Source: a virus | Reading direction: 5' to 3' (one strand) | Length of the DNA stretch: 64,000 nt | Virus record (IMG/VR): IMGVR_UViG_3300018432_000014 | Span: 9,488 to 73,487 of that record | Shown here: positions 29,280-38,972 of the stretch, piece by piece | Numbering within the stretch: position 1 is the first letter of the stretch | How the letters are laid out: each line of letters begins with the position of its first letter | Notes under the pieces: model-generated | What the model was told of the DNA's origin: nothing | Seen by the model: only the letters and a program-made list of their open reading frames with translations | Database searches by the model: none | Position numbers and translations under genes: made by a program

Positions 29280-30068
29280 ATGAGCAAGGATCTGCGGTCG
29301 ATCAACGAAGTAAATGCATTGGGCGATCGCGTGTTCGGCGATCCCGGTACGACTCAGCGTGAGTGCGGAACAGTCGTCGAGGTCGACAAGACCACTCGAC
29401 GGTGCCGAGTGCAGTGGGATTCGGGGCTGTCGACGTATGCCGAGCACGAGAACCTCGAGCCCGAGGATCTCAACAAGGTCGCTCGACGGCCGCTCGTACG
29501 AGCGGGCAACGTGCTCAAAGACAAGGGCCCCGACACGGCGGTTGCGACACCGACCGCGACGAAGCCCCGTGAGACGCTAGGCGGCGTCGTGCACGTCTCG
29601 GTCGGCGAAGTACCTGCGGTCGGCGACGAGTCGGGTGTGCCGCCCGTGCAGGTCAGCAATCGGCGTGTTTCGGAGAGGCCGCGCGCAGAGGCCGCGATCG
29701 ACGACGAGACCGACTCGATTGTGCAGGGGCAACACGAGCGCGACGACGAGACGCTTCGCAAGCTCGAGGCCGGCGCCTCGAAGGGCGAGACCTCGAAGAC
29801 GTCGACGGGTGAGCCTTGGAAGCCCGGCGCCGAGACCGCGAAGCTCGACACCGCGAAGGTCGAGACCGACGGCAACGTGCAGGCGCGCGAGACGCCCGAC
29901 GGTGTGCAGGTGCGGAACACCCCGGACGCTCCGAATGCTGCAGCGCCCGAGGCTCAGCCGCTCGGCAAGGTCGCGATCGAAAAAGACGACGACGAGGCTG
30001 ATGACGAAGACGACGACGAGAGCACAACCGTAGTCGACGCGTCCAAGAAGCCCGCCTCGGCCGAATAG
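29280..30068 (+). CDS. Small beta-barrel (SH3/KOW-like) domain plus long acidic disordered tail
   Basis: LGDRV.......GTVVEV......RVQWDSG; SD GAGAGG. Confidence 0.65.
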   Translation: MSKDLRSINEVNALGDRVFGDPGTTQRECGTVVEVDKTTRRCRVQWDSGLSTYAEHENLEPEDLNKVARRPLVRAGNVLKDKGPDTAVATPTATKPRETLGGVVHVSVGEVPAVGDESGVPPVQVSNRRVSERPRAEAAIDDETDSIVQGQHERDDETLRKLEAGASKGETSKTSTGEPWKPGAETAKLDTAKVETDGNVQARETPDGVQVRNTPDAPNAAAPEAQPLGKVAIEKDDDEADDEDDDESTTVVDASKKPASAE

Positions 30069-30761
30069 GGTCGAGAGAGTTCGGCCCGTTGCCGGGCGAG
30101 TGAACCGGCCAACTCACGAACGGGCCTAGCCGTTGATCCCAACCCGGGATCTCTGGCGACGAAACAACATGGGTGACAGTCGGGAGAGACCGGCATTCAA
30201 TCCGAGCGGCGTCCGTGCTTATCTTGCGGGGTACTAGTGCAGACTGTCACCTCGAGCGAGCCCATGACGAACGACCGAGCCAGCAACGTCATCCGGGCTC
30301 TAGCGGGCGCGTGGTGCCTGCTCATGTTGCTCGGCATACTCGCGGGCGTGCTGCGGCAGCTCGACGGCTCTGCGAGCCTCGAGCGGCGCACTGCAGCCAT
30401 GATCGAGCCCGAGCCCGAGTCGCTGCGACAGGCGCGACGGCGGATCCGATCTCAAGCGGTGGTCAATGCTCGACTCGCACCCGAACTAGGTGCGAGCGAG
30501 GTGACTGCACATGAGGATCGACGACGCTGAAACGACCGACACGTTGCGCCGAGAGCGCAACGTGTATCGTGAGCTTGCAGAGCAGCAAGAGGCTGCGACC
30601 GTGAGACTCGTGAGCCATTGGCGCTCGGTTGCCGACAAGCTCTCGATATTCGAGTCGTTCGACAGAGGGGCGACGGCTGCATATCGATGCGCTGCGAACG
30701 AGCTTAGCGAAGAGTTCTCGAGTCTCAAGCCAGTCAAGGACAAGCCACTCGAGGGCAAGTC

Positions 30762-31397
30762 ATGAGGATCGACGCCGACCGCTGGCCCCTTGATTGGCCT
30801 ACTGACTGGCCACGCACGACACGCCGCGAAAACACCGCTCGCTACAGTCTTTCGTTCGATGCGAGTCGCGAGCGTCTAGTCCGACACCTGAAGATGCTCG
30901 GTGCGACCGAGTTCGTTCTCTCGACGAATGTTCCGTTGCGCAAAGATGGCTTCCCGCGCACGACGACTGAGCCGCGCGATCCGGGCGTCGCGGTCTATTG
31001 GGTCGAGGCGTACGCGCAGCCTGCGAACGGTAAGCCCTCGACTCGAGCGTACCGATCGAAGGTGATTGCGTGCGACCACTGGACTCGCGTCCGAGACAAC
31101 TTGCGTGCATGCGGCATGGCGATCGAAGCGCTGCGCGCGCTGCAGCGATCGGGCGCGACTCAGGTGATCGACCGCGTGTTCACGGGCTTCGCGGCGTTGC
31201 CTGCGAATGCGAGTAAGAGCAACTGGCGAACGGTGCTCGGCTTCGATCCTGAGATCGAGATCGTCTCGCCCGAGATCCTCAAGGCCGCATACTTCGCGGC
31301 GTCGCTTGCTGCACATCCGGATCGCGGCGGCAGTCACGAGGAACAATCCCGCGTCAACCAAGCGCATGTCGACGCGCGACGGGAGCTTGGTCTATGA
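30762..31397 (+). CDS. Phage DnaJ/J-domain protein
   Basis: WP.DWPRT, STN.PLRKDG.P, DPGVAVY, ACD.W..V.DN, HPDRGGS. Confidence 0.85.
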   Translation: MRIDADRWPLDWPTDWPRTTRRENTARYSLSFDASRERLVRHLKMLGATEFVLSTNVPLRKDGFPRTTTEPRDPGVAVYWVEAYAQPANGKPSTRAYRSKVIACDHWTRVRDNLRACGMAIEALRALQRSGATQVIDRVFTGFAALPANASKSNWRTVLGFDPEIEIVSPEILKAAYFAASLAAHPDRGGSHEEQSRVNQAHVDARRELGL

Positions 31398-31846
31398 CCG
31401 AGTGGCAACGCATGCAGTGCGCACGCTCGGGTTGCTCGAACGAGTTCACGCCGGACCGATCGTCGCAGCGCTATTGCTCGAGATCGTGCCTGCATCGCAG
31501 ACGCAACGCAGAGCCGCTCGACGCGCGCGAGTGCAAGGCATGCTCGCGATCGTTTCGCCCGCGGACGGTGCAAGGTCTCTACTGCAGCCCGCGCTGTCAG
31601 GTGTCCGCTGCACAGAAAGCCTACGCGCGCCGGCTGCCGCTACCCGAGAAGAGCGAGCCCGAGCGCACCGGTGTTCCCCGGACCATCACGCTCGAGGCCG
31701 ATGTGTTTGCAGAGCTGGAGTTTCAAGCCGAGCGCTTGGATCGCTCGGTGTCTTGGATCGTCTCGCGTTGCTTGGATATCGCGATGCCATCGATCTACGA
31801 GCTGCCCACCATGCCCGAGCCGGAGATTTGGAGAGGATCGCGATGA
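31394..31846 (+). CDS. Two YCS..C Zn fingers fused to an RHH domain resembling the myxobacterial TIGR04563 family
   Basis: QAERLDRSVSWIV...LP. Confidence 0.6.
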   Translation: MTEWQRMQCARSGCSNEFTPDRSSQRYCSRSCLHRRRNAEPLDARECKACSRSFRPRTVQGLYCSPRCQVSAAQKAYARRLPLPEKSEPERTGVPRTITLEADVFAELEFQAERLDRSVSWIVSRCLDIAMPSIYELPTMPEPEIWRGSR

Positions 31847-32657
31847 ATCAGACGAACACCGAATGTTACGAGTGCGGTGGCACGGATGCGCAGCGACCGG
31901 GTTTGCCATGCGATGCGTGCATGGAGCGAGCTATTCCGGGTTGGCTGCGTCTCCGAGACGATCACGAGCGGCTTCTCGCTGCGGGCGTGCATCCGGACAT
32001 CGCATCGCGTCGTCTGTGCGTGGCGGTCGAGCACGGAGATTACGACTGATGAATCACTCGAGCAGACCCGCAGAGCCAGAAGAGATGAGCCCGTTTCGCT
32101 CGAGGCTTGAATCGGCAGCCGTCAGGCTCGAGGTGCTCAGGTCACGATCGAGCCCGACGGTCGCCATGGACATCTTGCGCGAGATCGTCGCGGTTCGCGA
32201 GGCCGCGACACGACTCGAGGGCGAGCCCTGCCACGCATGCGCAACGCTCGCCTCTGCGAAATGCAGATGGTGCGCGGGCAAGGGGGCGCTATGAGCGCAC
32301 GACAGTTGCTCGAGGTGCTCGGTGTCTACGCGTTTCGACGCGCGCGTTTCGGGCGACAGGAACACACGCGTCGCCCGATCATCTTCACTGGCGTTAGCGT
32401 CGGTTGGTTCGCGTTCGGTCGATTCAAGCTCGACACCGAGTGGCAACCAGAGCCTCGACCGCCGATCGATTTCGACGAGATGCTTGCCGAGGTCGACCCG
32501 AAAGAGGGGACGACGTGATCCTCGATTCGGTACGTCTGCCGATGAGGTCCGTGGAAAAATCGGCGGTTCGACGCGTCTTGACGCTTTTCCTCTTGATCAA
32601 GCGTCGGTTCCGAGTATGGACGCCTTTCTCGAGCGCATGCCTTGTCGGCGGTAGCAC

Positions 32658-33074
32658 GTGAGCCAGATCCCTCGACTGGTCTCGCCGACAGAGGTCATGC
32701 GAGTGCTGAGTTGCGGGCGCAGAAATGCGTATGTCGTGATGGCGCGTCTTGGCGGTCACAAGATCGAGGGCATCGGCTGGCGTGTGTCTGAGAAACGACT
32801 GCGTGAATACGTTTGTAAACTCGAGCGAGGATGTAGCGACGAATGGAAACCAAATCTCGAAAGCGAAAGAACGGCAAACGATTCTGGTACGCAACCATCC
32901 ATTGGTCCGATGGACAACGGATGTGCAGCAAGCTCGTCGCAACCCACGTTGCAGACGATGGAACTGCAGCCTCAAGAAAAGCAGCCGAGCAAAACGGCAG
33001 AGAGATCCAAAATACATTCGCGAATCGTCGTAGCAGCAAAGAGAGCACGCTCCTTACGCTCGAAAAGGCGATAG
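32658..33074 (+). CDS. Excisionase-like HTH protein overlapping the integrase start
   Basis: LVSPTEVMRVLSCGRRNAY...WRVSEKRLREYV. Confidence 0.6.
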   Translation: MSQIPRLVSPTEVMRVLSCGRRNAYVVMARLGGHKIEGIGWRVSEKRLREYVCKLERGCSDEWKPNLESERTANDSGTQPSIGPMDNGCAASSSQPTLQTMELQPQEKQPSKTAERSKIHSRIVVAAKRARSLRSKRR

Positions 33075-33967
33075 CTGATCTCGTTTTGGCAAAAACGCTT
33101 GCAGGGAAGTCAGATGCCACTCTCGAGATCATTGCAGACAAGGCAGCTCGTCTCTTCGAGGTGTTCGGGCCCGACTGCAGGATGTACGCGATCGATCGAC
33201 AGGCTGCTAAAGCCTATCTCGAGGAGAGATCGAAGCCGGATGAAAACGGAAACGTGCCAGCGGCGACGACGTTGTATCGCGAGTTTCTGATCCTCAAGCA
33301 AGCGTTCAACGAAGCCGGCATACCGCATCCCGAATGGCCCGAGATACCAGACGCGCCGCCATCACGTGATCGTATTCTTGAGGTACCTGAACAGATCAAG
33401 TTGCTTGCGGCGGTCGCACCTCAACGACGAGTGCTTGTCCAAGCGTATCTGCAGCTCGGGGGCATGCGTAAGAGCGAGCCAGAGACGATCAGTCGCGTGA
33501 ATTGGAAAACACGCATGGCCACTATCAACGGCACGAAGACTAGACGATCGGTCCGTGAGGCGCCGATCCCGGATGGTCTTTATGAGTTGATGAAGGAAAT
33601 GGGCGATCCGTTTCCTGGATTCGAGCCATGGGCAAACGCTGATCGTGATTTGCGTGCGGCGTGCGTGCGAGCTGAGATCCCGATCGTGAGCTTCAATGAT
33701 CTGCGGCGTACATACGCGACGTTTATGGCGCGCTCAGGATGCCCTCAACTCTTGCTTGCTCGGTACATGGGAACAAGCGTCAAGATGATCGACGAGGTCT
33801 ATGCTCGGCTCGAGGCAGAGGGCGAGCATCATCTCGCATCGGTTCGAAAGGGCGTGCCCGACCTCGAGCGACACAAGCGCAAGGCGAGCAAAGCAATCCG
33901 GGCTCGAGAGGCACTCGCTGCGCCAATCGCGAAAGCCGTCGACAAGGCACGTGCGAAGACACCCTAG
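32843..33967 (+). CDS. int: Tyrosine integrase
   Basis: N-terminal arm-binding-like strands; GMRKSE (R), GTKT (K), NDLRRT, MGT...VY (Tyr). Confidence 0.88.
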   Translation: METKSRKRKNGKRFWYATIHWSDGQRMCSKLVATHVADDGTAASRKAAEQNGREIQNTFANRRSSKESTLLTLEKAIADLVLAKTLAGKSDATLEIIADKAARLFEVFGPDCRMYAIDRQAAKAYLEERSKPDENGNVPAATTLYREFLILKQAFNEAGIPHPEWPEIPDAPPSRDRILEVPEQIKLLAAVAPQRRVLVQAYLQLGGMRKSEPETISRVNWKTRMATINGTKTRRSVREAPIPDGLYELMKEMGDPFPGFEPWANADRDLRAACVRAEIPIVSFNDLRRTYATFMARSGCPQLLLARYMGTSVKMIDEVYARLEAEGEHHLASVRKGVPDLERHKRKASKAIRAREALAAPIAKAVDKARAKTP

Positions 33968-34185
33968 CGAGCCTCGTGTTCGACGCACCATCGGATCAAC
34001 TCGCTTCGCGGTATGATGAGTCGCGAAGCGCCCGACAGCTTGGATCGCATCGCTCTCAACTCACCGGCTGCGATCAAGCGCTGCAACGACCTCGGGTGCA
34101 TGCACAGTGCGCGCGCTGCATCTCGCAGGCCGACCGTTGCGGGCAGTGACGATTCGAGATCGCGCAGATGAGGGGCGATCGCTAC
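33964..34185 (-). CDS. HTH_17/excisionase-like protein (start unclear)
   Basis: VGLRDAARALCMHPRSLQRLIAAGELRA...IPRSELIRW. Confidence 0.6.
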   Translation of the reverse strand, partial: VAIAPHLRDLESSLPATVGLRDAARALCMHPRSLQRLIAAGELRAMRSKLSGASRLIIPRSELIRWCVEHEAR

Positions 34186-35017
34186 GGGTACCCTCGACGG
34201 GCTCGACGTGCTGCGACCTCTGCGATGTCTGCCTCGCTCGGCTGAACCTCTGAGCGAGGCAGTGCTTTTTTTGCGAGAGGCTTTTCGTCGAGTGTGGGTC
34301 GAGCCGCAAACTTTTGAGCGAGTAGCACTGCCACGCGACGAGCAATGCGCTCGATGTCTTCGTCGCTGAGCTTGACGTCGATCATGGCTTGGCCCGTTTG
34401 CGCAACGTCTGGCGCGCGTCTTTGAGAGCAGCTGCAGCTTCGTCGGGTCGCAGCTTTGCAAGCTCAGTTTTTGCGGTGCGCTGCACACGGGCGGCGATCG
34501 TTTGCATGCGTTTGGCTGCGGGGCTCAGGTCGAGCCGGTCGTATGGTCCTTGCGCGCGGCGCTTGCCCTCGACCGCTCGCACGAGCTGAGCGAGCAGAGC
34601 CTCGATTGCGCAGAGCCGAGCGTTGAGTTCCGGGTCCATGGTCAATCCGCTAGCACGGTTGGCACGAGGCCCGTACACGGCCCGGGCGAATCGCACAGGG
34701 CCCGAATCTTCCAGAGACGGCAGAATCTCAGATCTGACGACTAGCATAGTCCCAAAACAGTCGAGGTTTACAGCGTGATCAGCATGCTAAGAGATCGCGA
34801 CCTCAACACGTCCCGCATCCGGGGCGCACTTCTCTGCAGTTTGAGGGCCAAAGTGACACTATCAAAAGTGTGTAGTGTTGGATCTGCGACACAACACAAT
34901 TTCGATTTTAGGTCTGGGCTCGCTCTGGGCTCCGAAAACGACCCCTGCGAGACCTAAAGGAACAGGTGCGCGCGAATCCTACACTGTCTTTTGCCGTGAA
35001 ATCATTGGATAAAATAG

Positions 35018-35063
35018 TGGAGTCAGGGGGGATCGAACCCCCGGCCTCCGCACTGCCAGTGCG
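35018..35063 (-). other. attP core: 3' half of tRNA-Ala(GGC)
   Basis: Minus strand CGCA-CTGGCAG-TGCG-GAGGCC-GGGGG-TTCGATC-CCCCC-TGACTCCA gives anticodon arm, T arm and acceptor 3' strand; no D arm or 5' strand; about 1 kb from the integrase. Confidence 0.85.
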
Positions 35064-35340
35064 AAAGTCATTCCGAAATCCCCTGTGATTGCAGCTAGTT
35101 ACAGCCGCGAAATTCTTGGGCTCGCTCTGGGCTCAGGCTGCCGCGGGGTTGTGGGCCGTTTGAGCCCGTCCTGCCTACCAGCGCCGTGCTCGGGCTTTCT
35201 GAGCCCGAGCCTCTCAGCGGTCTTACCACGGCAGGGCCCGACCGACCTAGCGGCCTGCCCGAGACCGCCCCTATGGCGAGCCCGAGGGGCCTGCGATTGG
35301 GCTTCTCCCGAGCCCGTCTCGAGGGCTACCGTCGGGCCCC

Positions 35341-35598
35341 GTGGCCACCTCTCGACGAGACGACAGCATCGCGCCCGGATTCGGCTTACGCGTTCAAGAA
35401 GCACGGCAGCGGCTATGGATGTCGCAAGCCGCTCTCGGTGAGGCGATCGGCGGCGACACGGCGACCATCTATCGGACCGAGGCAGGCGACAATCTGCCGC
35501 AGCTCGCAACGTTTGCAGCGTTGTGCATCGCGCTCGACGTCTCGGCCGACTTTCTGTTGTTCGGCGACAGTGGGCGCCCTCGAGTCTTGAAGCGATAG
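35341..35598 (+). CDS. XRE/CI-like repressor
   Basis: FGLRVQEARQRL.MSQAALGEAIG....TIYRTEAG...P.......LC.ALDVSADFLL. Confidence 0.85.
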   Translation: MATSRRDDSIAPGFGLRVQEARQRLWMSQAALGEAIGGDTATIYRTEAGDNLPQLATFAALCIALDVSADFLLFGDSGRPRVLKR

Positions 35599-35599
35599 C

Positions 35600-35619
35600 G
35601 TGTGGCCCCGGGGTTACAT
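35600..35619. promoter_or_regulatory. 20-bp palindrome family, copy 6
   Basis: GTGTGGCCCCGGGGTTACAT just after the repressor stop. Confidence 0.6.
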
Positions 35620-36050
35620 CGCGTGTCTCACGAGGCCCGCTTGAGGCAACCTCGTGAGCATGCCCGACGCAACCGTACTCTGCGAGCACCATTGGTCGAG
35701 ACACAAGTACGAGCCCGAGGTCGAGCGCGAAACGCGCTACTGCATGCGGTGCGGCCGATGCCAGCAACGAGAGGGCAACGGCAGCAACCATTTCGCTCGG
35801 TGGCGGAACAATCGGCAACGCGCCGGTCGCTACGTTCGGCCGATTCAGATCACGTGACGATTCGCGTGAGCAAGCATCGCCTCCCAAACGGCCGACTGCA
35901 GCTCGGGCACGTGAGCAAGGCTGCGTCGAGTGCGTCGTGCCAACTCGACGCCCGCGCGAAACCGAAACCGCGGATTGAGATCGGCGTTGTTCGTCATGCG
36001 AAAGAGTTCCTCGCTCTCGAGAAACTCGATCTCGATTTCGAGAGACTCGT

Positions 36051-36368
36051 TCACGACGCACCCGCTTGCAGCTCGAAGAGATCGCGAGCGAGCTTCTCGT
36101 CTGCATCGGTGATCGAGACGTACTCGGTACCGAGTGCGCGCACGACGAAGAATGTTCCGACGAGGTCGCTCCGATTCGGCGGCAGACCGATCAACCGACC
36201 TTCTTCGTTGCAGATCACGAAGAGCCAATGCTTGGCGAGCGCCGGGATGTGCACTTGCTCGATGTAGCCGCCGACGATCCGCTGCATGGCTTTCAGCTCG
36301 TCGTCGATCTCGATCATCTCGCCCGGCTTGCTCGGCTCGTAGACGAGCACCTTGATCTGCTTGCTCAC
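36051..36368 (-). CDS. DUF3846-like protein
   Basis: L..MQ.IVGGYIE...ICNEEG.L.GLP.NR...VG. Confidence 0.8.
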   Translation of the reverse strand: MSKQIKVLVYEPSKPGEMIEIDDELKAMQRIVGGYIEQVHIPALAKHWLFVICNEEGRLIGLPPNRSDLVGTFFVVRALGTEYVSITDADEKLARDLFELQAGAS

Positions 36369-36610
36369 TCGCTGGTCTCGTATACGAACCGCGAGTCAAT
36401 GCGAGATGTGATGCCGAGGAACCGATCGCCAAGCTCTTCGGCCAACTCGAGCGCGCGTTTTCGGTTGCAGTATCGCGACACGCAGAGCTGTCGATCCTCG
36501 TCGAGGTAATGAACGTCGTACGGCAAAGACTTCGTAAGTCGACGAAGCGAATTGAACGCGACGTTCGATGAGTGTTTTCGCGCCGCATCGGGATCGGTAA
36601 ACTTGATCAT
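36365..36610 (-). CDS. Hypothetical protein, leaderless from a class II promoter
   Basis: TTGACA (36645-36640), 17 nt, GACTGC, 6 nt, ATG; operator 36620-36635. Confidence 0.65.
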   Translation of the reverse strand: MIKFTDPDAARKHSSNVAFNSLRRLTKSLPYDVHYLDEDRQLCVSRYCNRKRALELAEELGDRFLGITSRIDSRFVYETSE

Positions 36611-36721
36611 CGGCCGGCAGTCCCGCATCCGGGTCTTGTTGTCAAGAGTCGTCGGGCTCTCGAGATGCCATTCACGATCTGGCAAGGTCAGGTTTCCCTT
36701 TCGGCCGAATCGAGTTGAGCT

Positions 36722-37264
36722 ATGGGCGTGCAACACGAGATGTTCCCCGATCACGTGCAACCGCTGGCTCCGAGAGACGAGCCCGCGCCGGGCGAGCCGC
36801 AGGTAGCGGCACCCTCCGGCCGGCGCCGCTTGAAGGCTGCAGGGCTCGCGGACAAGCCGTCTGCGGTCGAGTTCGATGTGGTCGCCGCAAGCGAGGGCCG
36901 TGGCCCGTGGTCGACACGCACGAGAGCTTCGACCGAGGCCTATCACGCGAAGACGATCGCAGCCGAGCCCGCGCCGGTGTGCATGGTCTCGGTCCAGATC
37001 ACTCGAGGCTCGCCCGAGCCGTTACCCGATCGGGTCGAATCGCTGCAGGCTGCGCTCGCGAAAGCCAAGCAAACGATCACCGAGCTACGCGCGCGCATCA
37101 TCCGAGCCGATACGGTCGCCGAGATGTGGCGGTCGGCCTCGGATCCGGAAAATCTCGAGCGTCGAAAGTGCGGGCTCGTGATCCGACAGATCCTGCAGAC
37201 CGACGGCGATCAAAGTCTCAAGACGGCACTCGCAGAGCTTGCGCGCGAAAGGGGCGAGACATGA
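36722..37264 (+). CDS. Hypothetical protein
   Basis: 180-aa ORF coupled to the next gene. Confidence 0.55.
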   Translation: MGVQHEMFPDHVQPLAPRDEPAPGEPQVAAPSGRRRLKAAGLADKPSAVEFDVVAASEGRGPWSTRTRASTEAYHAKTIAAEPAPVCMVSVQITRGSPEPLPDRVESLQAALAKAKQTITELRARIIRADTVAEMWRSASDPENLERRKCGLVIRQILQTDGDQSLKTALAELARERGET

Positions 37265-37542
37265 AAGCAGAGACGACAGCGGCACCGACTCGGCGCGTGC
37301 TGAAACGACGCGAGGCGATCGAGGTGTTCCAAGCCGAGCCGCAACGCGAGATGACAAGCGCCGATCTCGCGAGAGCGCTCTGTTGCTCGAGGGCCGACGC
37401 GATCGCGACGTTGCGATCGCTCGAGACCGCTCTCACGATCACGAGCCGGCTCGTCTCGAGCCCGCACCGAGAGGGCCTCGGTCGACGGCGGCGGTTCTAC
37501 CGCCTGCATCGGCGAGTCGCTGCAGCCCCGCGTCTCGCGTGA
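37261..37542 (+). CDS. Winged-helix DNA-binding protein
   Basis: MTSADLARAL.CSR......L..LE....I........GRRRRFYRL. Confidence 0.65.
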   Translation: MKAETTAAPTRRVLKRREAIEVFQAEPQREMTSADLARALCCSRADAIATLRSLETALTITSRLVSSPHREGLGRRRRFYRLHRRVAAAPRLA

Positions 37543-37564
37543 CTCTCAATCGGTCACAACAGTC

Positions 37565-37603
37565 ACTCTAGCTGAGACGTTGAAACGTACAAGCTGTATT
37601 TCA
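37565..37603 (-). promoter_or_regulatory. Class I promoter/operator, copy 13 (antisense to 37261-37542)
   Basis: TGAAATACAGCTTGTACGTTTCAACGTCTCAGC-TAGAGT; followed only by GTG-ACC-GAT-TGA. Confidence 0.7.
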
Positions 37604-37623
37604 GCCGCCCGGGCCCGCGCCGC

Positions 37624-37806
37624 TCAGACCTTGACGGTGCACGCGACAGGATACTGCCCGGCAGTCTGCGACATCCAACGGCCCGCGCCGACCTCGTACA
37701 CGTGCAAGCCGCGAAGCACGTACGTATGCGGCGCCTCGCCCGGGCCGACCGAAAACGTGTTGCGCACTTCCATCCACTGCCCGTTGACTCTGATCTGTTT
37801 CGCCAC
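37624..37806 (-). CDS. 60-aa beta-rich protein, leaderless from a class II promoter
   Basis: TTGCGT-17-TACGGT-6-GTG with GTCCCGGATG in the spacer. Confidence 0.65.
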   Translation of the reverse strand: MAKQIRVNGQWMEVRNTFSVGPGEAPHTYVLRGLHVYEVGAGRWMSQTAGQYPVACTVKV

Positions 37807-37996
37807 ACAACAACCGTAGCTCATCCGGGACACTAACGCAAGAGGCTAGGCTCGAGATTCAACCGGCGCCGCTCGAGGCCCGCGCCGCTCGAGGCGAGCC
37901 CGAGCAGACCGGATCGCGTATCCGCGGAAGACTAGAGAAGCGCCGGGCGCTATCCGGGACACTAGCGCCCGATTCCCGAGGCGCTGTCGCAAGTTA

Positions 37997-38035
37997 TGAA
38001 ATACCGCAAGCGCTTTTCAGGACCCGAGCTAGAGT
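37997..38035 (+). promoter_or_regulatory. Class I promoter/operator, copy 14
   Basis: TAGAGT, 7 nt, GTG 38043. Confidence 0.82.
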
Positions 38036-38042
38036 GTCTGTT

Positions 38043-38972
38043 GTGAGCACGACGATGAAAACGCTTGGTTTCGGGATTGAGATTGAGACCGTAGGTCTCC
38101 GCCGCACGGCGATTGCCGCTGCGATTGCATCGGTGCTCGGCACCGACTCGCACGGCGGCGAGACGGCGACCGACTCGCTCGGTCGCACTTGGAAGGTTGT
38201 GCCCGATGGCAGCCTTGCAGGCGGCTACGACAACAGCGGCGAGATCGTCTCGCCCAAACTCACCTACGCCGACCTCGACACGTTGCAGGCGATTGTGCGT
38301 GCAGTGCGCGCAGCTGGCGCGCGGGTCGATGCCTCTTGCGGCATTCACGTGCACATCGACAGCTCGGTCTTTACGGCTAAGTCGGTCGTGAATCTCGTCA
38401 AGATCGTGCACAAGCAAGAGCGCTTGATCGAGCATGCCTTGCGCATCGCGCAAAGCCGTCTCGAGCGCTACTGCCTGCCGATCGATGCTGGTTTTATTCA
38501 GCGGCTCGAGGCGAGCCCGGTTCGCACGATGGCCGACGTCTCGCGCGCTTGGTACGGCTACGACAACTCGAGCCCGACGCGCTACGACTCGAGCCGCTAC
38601 CACGGCCTCAACCTCAACAGTCACTTTTTCCGCGGCACCGTTGAGTTTCGCTACTTTACGGGCTCGTTGCATGCGGGCGAGGTCAAGGCGTATGTGCAGT
38701 TTTCGCTCGCACTCGCGGCCCGCGCGCTCACGACGAAATCGGCCTCGAGCAAGCGCCGCGAATTCAACGTGTCGACCGCGAAGTACGACTTTCGCGTGCT
38801 CATGATCAAGCTCGGCCTCATCGGTGACGAGTTCAAAACGTGCCGCCTACACCTCTCGAAGCATCTCGAGGGTACGAGCGCGACGAAGCGCGCCGCGGTT
38901 GTCGCGGTTGCCGCGCCCGAGGCCGCTGCAGCCTCCGAGTCGACCGACAACGGTGCGAACCATGGCTCATAA
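38043..38972 (+). CDS. Amidoligase (COOH-NH2 ligase, Amidoligase_2 family)
   Basis: FGIEIE, WKVVPDGSL, EIVSP.L, CGIHVH, RYHGLN, TVEFRYF. Confidence 0.9.
   Translation: MSTTMKTLGFGIEIETVGLRRTAIAAAIASVLGTDSHGGETATDSLGRTWKVVPDGSLAGGYDNSGEIVSPKLTYADLDTLQAIVRAVRAAGARVDASCGIHVHIDSSVFTAKSVVNLVKIVHKQERLIEHALRIAQSRLERYCLPIDAGFIQRLEASPVRTMADVSRAWYGYDNSSPTRYDSSRYHGLNLNSHFFRGTVEFRYFTGSLHAGEVKAYVQFSLALAARALTTKSASSKRREFNVSTAKYDFRVLMIKLGLIGDEFKTCRLHLSKHLEGTSATKRAAVVAVAAPEAAAASESTDNGANHGS

Noticed and set aside
35018-35063. Complete tRNA gene
   Set aside because: The D arm and 5' acceptor strand are absent and the 3' end reads CTA rather than CCA; attP fits better.
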